Source: a virus (taxonomy: Duplodnaviria; Heunggongvirae; Uroviricota; Caudoviricetes). Taken from it: a DNA stretch of 40,562 bases. The position numbers were made by a program, and so were the translations under genes. Shown one piece after another: positions 7,234 to 14,275 of this stretch. How positions within the stretch are numbered: position 1 is the stretch's first letter; each line of letters begins with the position of its first letter. The DNA lies in IMG/VR virus record IMGVR_UViG_3300042402_002792, one strand, 5' to 3'. The notes beneath the pieces are model-generated. The model saw only the letters and a list, made by a program, of their open reading frames with translations. It did not search any database and was not told the DNA's origin.

Positions 7234-7398
7234 TTAATTATAGCAGGATTTGATAACCTTGTCAACCATAGGGTCTTTACGAGCCACAGCCCGCCATGCC
7301 CGATTGGCTTTGCTATATTGCTTAGGATCTGTAGTAAAGCCCGGGAAGCGACTCTTAGCCCAGATCACAAAGTTCAAACGTTCAATCTCGTTCTTCAT
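7234..7398 (-). CDS. small basic hypothetical protein
   Basis: ATG overlaps the upstream stop; C-terminal VDKVIKSCYN encodes the next promoter. Confidence 0.6.
   Translation of the reverse strand: MKNEIERLNFVIWAKSRFPGFTTDPKQYSKANRAWRAVARKDPMVDKVIKSCYN
7237..7276 (-). promoter_or_regulatory. sigma70 promoter with overlapping operator
   Basis: TTGACA-17-TATAAT (7237-7265); TAACCTTG-N7-TAGGGTCT (7254-7276). Confidence 0.85.
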
Positions 7399-7679
7399 CA
7401 CATAGTCCAGTAGAGTTCGCTTGAAGGATCGCAAGAGCGAGGTGTGTCGTGTGCTATCTGTACGTCCTTGCCCGACATCAAGTTCTTTACAGTCTTCATT
7501 GTAGGGAAGTACTCAAAGCGCCAGCCCTTAGTTGCAGGGTACAGCCAGTAGAGTCCGTTGCACTCGTGTCGCATGCCTTCTTCTGTACGGCCTTGCCAAA
7601 CGGTAGTAGAGAACAGGCGCTCACCTGTCTTGCATCGCTTGTCTGCTTTGTAGATATACATGGTGTAGTCTTGTTTCAT
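7398..7679 (-). CDS. hypothetical protein (TPRSCDPSSELYW motif)
   Basis: AAGGAGCGAG RBS, own promoter. Confidence 0.8.
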   Translation of the reverse strand: MKQDYTMYIYKADKRCKTGERLFSTTVWQGRTEEGMRHECNGLYWLYPATKGWRFEYFPTMKTVKNLMSGKDVQIAHDTPRSCDPSSELYWTM

Positions 7680-7706
7680 CGCTCGCTCCTTTGTGTCTGT
7701 GTATGT

Positions 7707-7735
7707 ATTATAAGATAAAAAGGAACCATTGTCAA
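7707..7735 (-). promoter_or_regulatory. sigma70-type early promoter
   Basis: TTGACA-17-TATAAT. Confidence 0.85.
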
Positions 7736-7745
7736 TCTGTCTCTA

Positions 7746-7907
7746 CCTATACGAACGTCTCGTATAGGCCTTGACGGTCATTACTCCTAGATTGTCCACC
7801 GCAACTCCGGATTGCTCCTGCTTCATGCTCCTGGACTAGACCAGCGCCCGTCGGTACTGTCATCTTCCCAGTCGCCTAGTGGTCTAGGTAACCTTTTTAC
7901 TTACTAT
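7746..7907 (-). ncRNA. candidate structured small RNA
   Basis: Own consensus promoter (7914-7942), no ORF with a properly spaced RBS, stems CTAGACCA/TGGTCTAG and CCTATACGA/TCGTATAGG, six GGA motifs. Confidence 0.45.
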
Positions 7908-7913
7908 GCCTCT

Positions 7914-7953
7914 ATTATAGCACTAATCAATACCCTTGTCAACCATAGGGTCT
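7914..7953 (-). promoter_or_regulatory. sigma70 promoter with overlapping operator
   Basis: TTGACA-17-TATAAT (7914-7942); TACCCTTG-N7-TAGGGTCT (7931-7953). Confidence 0.85.
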
Positions 7954-8280
7954 TTACAAGTATTGATCATTCAACTCTGGCTCAAACAACTTGACCAGCT
8001 CACGCTCGTAAGCATAAGCCTCCTTGCGACCACGCACAATGGCAATGATCTCGTGAGTCCAGTTCATAGCCAATCCACCTGACTTCAAGTAGATGTACAA
8101 GGCCCACAGTCTGTTTTCGTTGACTGCACGGCTCTTGTGCTTGCGCCATCTCTCTGCAACAACCTTGTTGGCATTTGGCAAGCTCTTACGTGTCAAGCCA
8201 ATGTAGCTATCACCACGCTCGCTAGTCATAGCGTAGATGATGTAGTTGCAATCTGTACGTGGTGTTCTGCGTGTCTTCAT
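7954..8280 (-). CDS. GIY-YIG family nuclease (small, stand-alone)
   Basis: IIYAMTSERGDSYIGLT..ERWRKH..E..LN pattern; ATG 6 nt after the -10 box (leaderless). Confidence 0.75.
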   Translation of the reverse strand: MKTRRTPRTDCNYIIYAMTSERGDSYIGLTRKSLPNANKVVAERWRKHKSRAVNENRLWALYIYLKSGGLAMNWTHEIIAIVRGRKEAYAYERELVKLFEPELNDQYL

Positions 8281-8286
8281 GTTAGT

Positions 8287-8315
8287 ATTATACAATGATC
8301 TAGCCAAACTGTCAA
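8287..8315 (-). promoter_or_regulatory. sigma70-type early promoter
   Basis: TTGACA-17-TATAAT. Confidence 0.85.
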
Positions 8316-8368
8316 CCGGCCCCGCACTCGGCTGTGGCGTAAAAGCCACAGCACATTATTATATAATA

Positions 8369-8512
8369 TTAATCTTCTATATAATAATCAAATGCACTTG
8401 CTAATGCATTAAATGCATCCTGTATGTCGACATTATCCTCATAATCCTCCATAATAATGTCTTGCATTTGCAACATTAAACTAGTAAGTTTCTCTTTAAT
8501 ATTATCTTGCAT
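8369..8512 (-). CDS. small acidic hypothetical protein, 47 aa (not in ORF track)
   Basis: MQDNIKEKLTSLMLQMQDIIMEDYEDNVDIQDAFNALASAFDYYIED; AAGGAG RBS. Confidence 0.7.
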   Translation of the reverse strand: MQDNIKEKLTSLMLQMQDIIMEDYEDNVDIQDAFNALASAFDYYIED

Positions 8513-8527
8513 AATAGCTCCTTTTTG

Positions 8528-8800
8528 TTAAACAAATTCAATATTATCTGTACGCAATTGCTTTTTAGCTTGCGATAATACATATGCAGTATCTGCTTGT
8601 AATGTCTCGTAATTAATATCTCCGCTTACATAATTACATTGCTTTTGTGTAGGGAATATATGCACAACTTCTCCATTATCTTTTATTTTTTTATGCACAT
8701 TAAATGCGATAATGATTTTATAAGTTTCTTTATTTTTTACATAGATTAATTTTGCTTTTGCAACTTGTGCAAAAATTGCTTGTTTATATACTGTAGACAT
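8528..8800 (-). CDS. hypothetical protein (first gene of the early cluster, AT-rich)
   Basis: AAGGAGCGAAC RBS, own promoter. Confidence 0.8.
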   Translation of the reverse strand: MSTVYKQAIFAQVAKAKLIYVKNKETYKIIIAFNVHKKIKDNGEVVHIFPTQKQCNYVSGDINYETLQADTAYVLSQAKKQLRTDNIEFV

Positions 8801-8826
8801 AGTTCGCTCCTTGTTACAATAGCGTT

Positions 8827-8855
8827 ATTATAGCAGAGAGGGTCCAAAACGTCAA
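8827..8855 (-). promoter_or_regulatory. sigma70-type early promoter
   Basis: TTGACG-17-TATAAT. Confidence 0.85.
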
Positions 8856-8891
8856 CTGTGGCTAAAAGAACACACACTCTGCATAGGGTTG

Positions 8892-8920
8892 TTGACGCCC
8901 CGCCCAAAACGTGCTATAAT
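8892..8920 (+). promoter_or_regulatory. divergent sigma70 promoter pointing into the DnaA-box cluster
   Basis: TTGACG-17-TATAAT with extended -10 TG. Confidence 0.8.
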
Positions 8921-8975
8921 AATCGCATGTTCGAACATAGTGGGGGTGGACGGCGACAGCGCCTAGCGTTTCAGC

Positions 8976-9070
8976 TGTGGATAAAAGGTGTACAACCTGT
9001 GGATAACTTTTGGCCTGTGGATAAGCTGTGAATAGTCTATTTCGCTGAAGTTATCCACAGGTTATTAACA
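8976..9070. promoter_or_regulatory. cluster of DnaA boxes
   Basis: Perfect TGTGGATAA at 8976, 8998 and 9016; perfect TTATCCACA at 9051; near matches TGTGAATAG (9027) and TTATTAACA (9062). Confidence 0.85.
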
Positions 9071-9117
9071 GTGTTGTAGTATAACAACAGAGCCAAAAAA
9101 ACCGGTTGACACTAGGG

Positions 9118-9330
9118 TTATTCCGAATCTTCCTCGCCAAAATCTATATAGTATGTGATACTAGGCAGTGGTTCCAGGATCCAATCCCCTGCTGATTCTA
9201 TATTATCAAATATATCAATGTCACATCTGCCTCGATTATATTTGAAACAGTGCAGTCTATTAAGATCGTCACGACTGACACTGACTGCATGAGTACGAAA
9301 CCGTATATGTCCAAGATATTCCATATACAC
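9118..9330 (-). CDS. hypothetical protein
   Basis: 70-aa ORF with AAGG upstream; weak support. Confidence 0.5.
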   Translation of the reverse strand: MYMEYLGHIRFRTHAVSVSRDDLNRLHCFKYNRGRCDIDIFDNIESAGDWILEPLPSITYYIDFGEEDSE

Positions 9331-9486
9331 ACCTTTCTAGTATACAGTATATAGCGCATATGTATAGATCTTAATGTATATAGATCACAATGCATATACA
9401 CATGTGATTTAACTATAAGTGCAATCTAGTGTGACTAGAACTCTCAAGCCACGCTTAGATCGTCATACAGCGCAGGCAGAGTCCTT

Positions 9487-9526
9487 AAAAAGTGTCAAAA
9501 AGTGTGAAAAAGTGCAATAAAGTGTG
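9487..9526. repeat. four tandem 10-mers AAAAAGTGTN (phased A-tracts)
   Basis: AAAAAGTGTC AAAAAGTGTG AAAAAGTGCA ATAAAGTGTG. Confidence 0.85.
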
Positions 9527-9781
9527 ACCAACCCTGGATCAAGAGTCTACATAGGGGTCGCCTACAGTGATATAAGGGTAGATAAAAATCCAGAACTGTG
9601 GTGGAGACAGGCTATGCTCAAATGGTTTTTCAATATTCTTCAATCTTTCTCCACAGTTCTCTACTGTATATACTGTGAATACCAAAGTAAATTTTGTCAC
9701 AATACCAAAGTAGTTTTATCAATCTAGCTTGAGCGATCTCTGCACATACGCACGGAGAGATTGATTCTATATACAAGAGAG

Positions 9782-9848
9782 GCGCAGCGGGGCCTGTGCA
9801 TATATAGGCTTATACGCTCGTTTTACTTGCAGAAGCGCAGCGGGGCCT
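9782..9848. repeat. direct repeat GCGCAGCGGGGCCT x2
   Basis: Exact 14-mers at 9782-9795 and 9835-9848; partial CGGGGCCT near 10159. Confidence 0.8.
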
Positions 9849-9951
9849 ATATACTATAGCACTATATACGCTTGTCAGTGCTTATAGTATACAGAGTCTA
9901 GCTACCTTTGTGATCAATAGCAGTTCTCTTTATACTATTAAATAATGTACT

Positions 9952-10155
9952 ATGCGTATATGTGTTACCTGTGCTAGTAATAGTCGTGAAATTGATCGTA
10001 TATACAGTTACTGTCAACGTAACGGTATACTCATGCACACGGGTTCTTATATATACGCAGATGAAGCCTATTGGATTTGGCGCATTGACAGCGAGTTGAC
10101 TCCTGCCCTAACTTGGTTGTTATTACAGTATCCAGATCAGTTGTGTGTATACTAA
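9952..10155 (+). CDS. hypothetical protein (late, leaderless)
   Basis: TAAATA at 9939-9944, ATG 7 nt later; C-terminal TWLLLQY resembles the LRW family. Confidence 0.55.
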   Translation: MRICVTCASNSREIDRIYSYCQRNGILMHTGSYIYADEAYWIWRIDSELTPALTWLLLQYPDQLCVY

Positions 10156-10338
10156 CAACGGGGCCTTATTGATCTAGCTGTTTGGCTCGACTTTCTAGTT
10201 CTTGTACTAGGTTATAGTCATGTCTGCTTAAACGACAAAGTATGCCCATAAGCAGGCCCAGTGTATATATTGTGCCGCGGCGGGCCATGATGTAATCGAT
10301 GCTAGATTTCGCTGAGTCAAATCTGCGATCTGATTCGT

Positions 10339-10554
10339 TCATAGTCTAGTAAAAGGGCTGTTGATTTCGCTTACTTCAGCTACCCAGTCTGTAACACCCA
10401 TCATTTTACGCTTGTTTAGGCCTTCCGCAAACGCTTGCGCTTTGCGCTCCGCTAGTTTTAGGTCTGTGGTTCTGCGCCCTTTTAGCTCATCTTCATCTAG
10501 AAATCTTTGGCCTCTGTTGGCCTTTTTTGAACGTGCGTGTATAGCGTAAAACAT
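10339..10554 (-). CDS. hypothetical protein
   Basis: TATAAATA late promoter at about 10575-10582 and GGGAG RBS. Confidence 0.7.
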   Translation of the reverse strand: MFYAIHARSKKANRGQRFLDEDELKGRRTTDLKLAERKAQAFAEGLNKRKMMGVTDWVAEVSEINSPFTRL

Positions 10555-10577
10555 ATCTTGTGCTCCCTTTAGAGTAT

Positions 10578-11231
10578 TTATAGAGCTAGATGTAGATTAC
10601 CACTTACTGTTATACGCAATTGATCTGTTGAATAAAATGGGTAGACCACATGGTGCAGTTCTGAAGGAAATAGGCATATGGTCATGTTGTATGAGCTGTC
10701 AATCAGCATGTGATGACTGCGTATACTGCCCAGGGTGTCTGTAAAATGAAAGTGAAAATCACCATTGCTCTTATAGTCTGGGCCTTGTCCTGGGCCAGTG
10801 GCCTGCTCTTGTGCTCGAGTATAGGGTATCTGCAGCCAAATCACAAAGCTGAATACGCCATCATGCTGATGCACAGGGTTGAACTCGCCCTGTTGTTGAA
10901 AGTTGACCCATAGGCCCCCTAGACCCAAAGGGGTGGGTGTACCCGGGGGCAGTATGCCCAAACGGTCTATTTTGCTTTGGTAATTAAAGGCCTCAATGTA
11001 CTCACGGGCCAGGGGCTCTACCAGCTGAAAGATTTGAGTTCTTGACTGGGTCAAGTGATACTCTCGATCTATGCTGCCAACCAGTACGCTATGGGCTGTG
11101 GGCCAACCCTGACCTCCTGAGCCAGCTATGGCTGCTATTTCTTCATGCAGGGCCTCTAGTTCTTGATCTGTGGCCTGGTATAGTAGGTACCCTGGGTTAG
11201 GGTCAAATGTATGTATTTGTGCTCGTGTCAT
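10578..11231 (-). CDS. putative 2OG-Fe(II) oxygenase
   Basis: WVNFQ..GEFNPVHQH..FSFVIWL, FPSELHHVVYP and RITVSGN motifs. Confidence 0.8.
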   Translation of the reverse strand: MTRAQIHTFDPNPGYLLYQATDQELEALHEEIAAIAGSGGQGWPTAHSVLVGSIDREYHLTQSRTQIFQLVEPLAREYIEAFNYQSKIDRLGILPPGTPTPLGLGGLWVNFQQQGEFNPVHQHDGVFSFVIWLQIPYTRAQEQATGPGQGPDYKSNGDFHFHFTDTLGSIRSHHMLIDSSYNMTICLFPSELHHVVYPFYSTDQLRITVSGNLHLAL

Positions 11232-11249
11232 CTAGTACTTATCAGCCAC

Positions 11250-11271
11250 AAAAAAAGCCCCTTGCGGGGCT
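11250..11271 (-). terminator. rho-independent terminator
   Basis: AGCCCC-GCAA-GGGGCT-TTTTTT on the minus strand after the wHTH gene. Confidence 0.85.
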
Positions 11272-11290
11272 GAGCTAGGCCTAGTCTAGA

Positions 11291-11560
11291 TTAGACAAGA
11301 CCCTGTGCTAAAGCTCTGTAACCAGCGGCTACAACCTTACGGCTGGGCTTGCCCATTACATACTCAGTAACGGTAACACCGTTAGCTGCCTTACGGCTGT
11401 TGGCATAAACAGCATAACCAGCTTGGCGGATGCGGCTGGCTTCTGCTGAAATGTTCTTGATACCAAAACGCTTGGTAGCCTGTGCTGGTGTAACAGCTTC
11501 ACCAGAGTAAAGTGCTGTAAACAGCTTGAAAGTCTTTGAGTTTTCAGTAAAACGTGTCAT
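11291..11560 (-). CDS. winged helix-turn-helix DNA-binding protein
   Basis: GEAVTPAQATKRFGIKNISAEASRIRQAGY plus beta wing; promoter TTGCAA-17-TATAAT at 11616-11644; own terminator. Confidence 0.75.
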   Translation of the reverse strand: MTRFTENSKTFKLFTALYSGEAVTPAQATKRFGIKNISAEASRIRQAGYAVYANSRKAANGVTVTEYVMGKPSRKVVAAGYRALAQGLV

Positions 11561-11658
11561 GTCTGTATCTCCTTATAGTTTTTAACAGATTTAAATCTGC
11601 TTGCGCAGTGTTTGTATTATATAGAACTAGGTGTGCAATTGCAACGATTATGGCTGAA

Positions 11659-12039
11659 TTACTTGACTGTAATACCCAACTGATCAGCATGTTCTTTGCT
11701 CAATAGGCCCTGGAAATTACGGCCGGGAAAACGCTGTTCAATGCGAGCTAGGCACTCTTGTAGGCTTGCACCCTGTGCTAGAAACTCACCGTCGCTTTTG
11801 GCAAAGAGATAGATCTGATCACCATGACGCTCTACACTGAGTTCTTCTGTGCTGCCAGCGGAGTCTTGATCTTCAAGTTTGGCAATTTCTTTGCGAGCTC
11901 GTTCAACCATGCGTTCCAGTCTAGGATCACGATCTACCAGCATTTTGGTAATTTTAACTGCGGTAGCATGTTGACCCAGTTTATAACCGCAATAAAATAC
12001 GGCCAGGATTGAAATTACGGACCAAACAATATCATCCAT
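11659..12039 (-). CDS. membrane-anchored hypothetical protein
   Basis: N-terminal TM helix; GAGG RBS. Confidence 0.75.
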   Translation of the reverse strand: MDDIVWSVISILAVFYCGYKLGQHATAVKITKMLVDRDPRLERMVERARKEIAKLEDQDSAGSTEELSVERHGDQIYLFAKSDGEFLAQGASLQECLARIEQRFPGRNFQGLLSKEHADQLGITVK

Positions 12040-12493
12040 TTTTGACCTCTCTAGTCAGTTCTGCAATAAAAAGAAAACGTTCATAGGCTGCTCGCACTAT
12101 AGGATTATTTATGAGTTTATCTGCTTCGGCCTGCATGGCCTTTACAGCTTCTTCACAGGCTTCTCTAGCTGAGGGCCACTCTAGCAAACGAGCTTCTTGA
12201 CCCATTTCTTTGACTAGGTTGTCCCAGGCTTGTCGTTGGCCTTCTGTAAGCGGAGCACGTTTTGGACGCAGATCGCTGGCTCGCATCAGCACCTTTGAAA
12301 TGGCATCTTCAGCCACACGCCCGGCCGCAATCATAGCCGCATAGTTAGGATCAATATTGTACCTACGACTACTGCCTCCGGGATATACTGAAACCAAATG
12401 ATCGCCTTTTGGAAAGCTGTCCAAATATTCTGAATCATATTCACTTACAGGCACATAGCGCCTGCCCTGTTTTTTATAGTAGATGGTTTTCAT
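12032..12493 (-). CDS. conserved phage hypothetical protein
   Basis: 153-aa ORF in an overlapping operon. Confidence 0.8.
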   Translation of the reverse strand: MKTIYYKKQGRRYVPVSEYDSEYLDSFPKGDHLVSVYPGGSSRRYNIDPNYAAMIAAGRVAEDAISKVLMRASDLRPKRAPLTEGQRQAWDNLVKEMGQEARLLEWPSAREACEEAVKAMQAEADKLINNPIVRAAYERFLFIAELTREVKNG

Positions 12494-12768
12494 TGCAGTT
12501 TTCTAGTACTGGCATCAGGGTCTTCAAAGTACTGAACCAGTTTTTGCTGTGTGTCTTGAGACATTTCTTCAAACTCTTCTTCTGTGAGTTCACGACTGCG
12601 CTCATGAATAGAACCGTCAGCAAATGACCGTTTGATTTCAGCAATCAAAGCATCTAACTCTTCTTGTGTGCCTTCGAAATCGTCGAAACAGCCAGGTGCA
12701 AATTCAATTTGTACCTCTTTGAGTTCGTCAGCGGTCAGCTGATCAAGTGTTTTGTTTTGGTCAATCAT
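12490..12768 (-). CDS. acidic hypothetical protein
   Basis: FAPGCFDDFEGTQEELD motif; ATGA overlaps. Confidence 0.75.
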   Translation of the reverse strand: MIDQNKTLDQLTADELKEVQIEFAPGCFDDFEGTQEELDALIAEIKRSFADGSIHERSRELTEEEFEEMSQDTQQKLVQYFEDPDASTRKLQ

Positions 12769-12986
12769 AAAATACGTCCTAATCCTAAATAAATTAGCTG
12801 ATCCAGTTCTGCTTGATAGTCTCGGCCCAGTCTACGCTTTTCATATATGGCCTGCAAGAATTCTTTGCCATCGCCATACTCTGCGGTACCGGCACCACGA
12901 CTTTCTAATTCTTCAATTAGATCGTCTGTGTCAAAGTCTGACAAGTCTACATCAACTTCAACTTCTGTGTAAATGGTTTTATACAT
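12765..12986 (-). CDS. acidic hypothetical protein
   Basis: VEVDVDLSDFDTDDLIEEL; AAGGA RBS. Confidence 0.75.
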   Translation of the reverse strand: MYKTIYTEVEVDVDLSDFDTDDLIEELESRGAGTAEYGDGKEFLQAIYEKRRLGRDYQAELDQLIYLGLGRIL

Positions 12987-12998
12987 TATATTAGTTCC

Positions 12999-13340
12999 TT
13001 AATTGATAACAGTATCGTATCGAGGTGTACGGAATACAGATCGTCCACATTGACGTATGGCATTGGCTAGAACCTGTGGAGTTGCTTCACTGCAAATTTG
13101 CAGTTCTTTTAAAGACAGCTCACTTTCAAAGGCCCAGATTTCTGGAAAACGTTGTGGATTAGCCTGTGCTCTAAGTATGGCATACCTAGGAATAGGAAAA
13201 TCCACTTTGGTATCTCCTTTGAGCTCAGCCCAAAACTTTTTCTTTTCATAGTCTGTGATGTTGAAAATCCATTCAAATCCTAGACTATCAAAGTAGGCCA
13301 TATAGGCATTAATCTTAGCCTTTTTCTTAGCCATGATCAA
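12999..13340 (-). CDS. hypothetical protein
   Basis: ORF in operon, GGAG RBS. Confidence 0.75.
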   Translation of the reverse strand: MIMAKKKAKINAYMAYFDSLGFEWIFNITDYEKKKFWAELKGDTKVDFPIPRYAILRAQANPQRFPEIWAFESELSLKELQICSEATPQVLANAIRQCGRSVFRTPRYDTVIN

Positions 13341-13897
13341 TCACTCCATTTTTTAGCAAGAGCTTTAACACTCTCGGGATCGCGTTCAGCCTCTTTTAGA
13401 AACTCTTTTAGAGCATATTCACAGAATTCGTTAAAAGTCATATCACGCTCATGTGCAGACTTGAACAACACCATAAGTTCTTCTTCGGAAAGATCTAATG
13501 GAATACTCACACGAGTATCATAGTCCTCGCCTGCTATAATGGCCAGAGCCTTTTGGATCCAGTCATCATCGCTTTCTAAATCAACGAAGTCAACACTGTC
13601 CCAGGCTTGATCTGCATACTGTGAATTTTCTCTGCGAGCATATTTGCGATAGGCCTTTTCATAGTCGGGATTGATACGACGATAAGCACGTTCCAATCGA
13701 TAGTCACAGGCTTCTACTATATAAACTTCCTGCGTCTTAGTATCAAAGGTAATATTAAAACTCCAGCCGTCCTGCTCACCGTTCCACGCTGACAGGCTGT
13801 AAGGCCTAGCATCTTTGCCAAAACAGTGCCATGTATAATCACTACCTTCAGTGATACGACAGTCTACTACTTCCATAAATTCTTGCATGGTAATCAT
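13337..13897 (-). CDS. hypothetical protein with possible C-terminal ribbon-helix-helix domain
   Basis: VSIPLDLSEEELMVLFKSAHERDMTFNEFCEYAL resembles an RHH pattern. Confidence 0.75.
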   Translation of the reverse strand: MITMQEFMEVVDCRITEGSDYTWHCFGKDARPYSLSAWNGEQDGWSFNITFDTKTQEVYIVEACDYRLERAYRRINPDYEKAYRKYARRENSQYADQAWDSVDFVDLESDDDWIQKALAIIAGEDYDTRVSIPLDLSEEELMVLFKSAHERDMTFNEFCEYALKEFLKEAERDPESVKALAKKWSD

Positions 13898-14238
13898 TCT
13901 GATACTCCTTCTTTAATTGTCTTTAATAGTTTGCGGTTACGATAATCTTGCTCTTTGCGAGCACGTAGCTTTTCAATGTTTTTACCGATTAATGAGTTGT
14001 CATATTGACGACTCCATTCTAGTCCATTAAGCCAGTATTCTAACTGCTCTAATGAGCCAGAAAACAACTCGGCATCTCTAGCATAAATGGGCATGGAATC
14101 TTCTTTAGGGAATAGAGTTACTGTGTCGCCAAACTCTTGTCGATAGTTTCCGTGTTTGGAATTACCCATACGGAATCCTAGTTTGTCTATTCGCTCTTCT
14201 ATCCGCCGAATCCAAAGGATGGTATGATAGCCTGACAT
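13894..14238 (-). CDS. hypothetical protein
   Basis: Promoter TTGACA-17-TATAAT at 14270-14298. Confidence 0.75.
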   Translation of the reverse strand: MSGYHTILWIRRIEERIDKLGFRMGNSKHGNYRQEFGDTVTLFPKEDSMPIYARDAELFSGSLEQLEYWLNGLEWSRQYDNSLIGKNIEKLRARKEQDYRNRKLLKTIKEGVSE

Positions 14239-14275
14239 GGCTGTGACCTTTGTGTGTTACAATAGCTTTATTATA

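Noticed and set aside
7746-7907. Hammerhead or other known ribozyme or riboswitch
   Set aside because: No CUGANGA/GAAA core or other consensus recognised by eye; kept only as a generic sRNA candidate
7954-8280. GIY-YIG gene (and HNH at 31767) as intron-encoded homing endonucleases
   Set aside because: Both are free-standing with their own promoters; no interrupted gene or intron core seen
8976-9070. Window being a bacterial chromosome origin
   Set aside because: No dnaA, dnaN, gidA or rpmH context; the flanks are phage-type genes and promoters with shared operators
9487-9526. Tandem 10-mers as a mini-CRISPR
   Set aside because: No spacers; unit too short
9524-9727. 67-aa plus-strand ORF in the non-coding block
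   Set aside because: GTG start inside the tandem repeat, no RBS, no recognisable features
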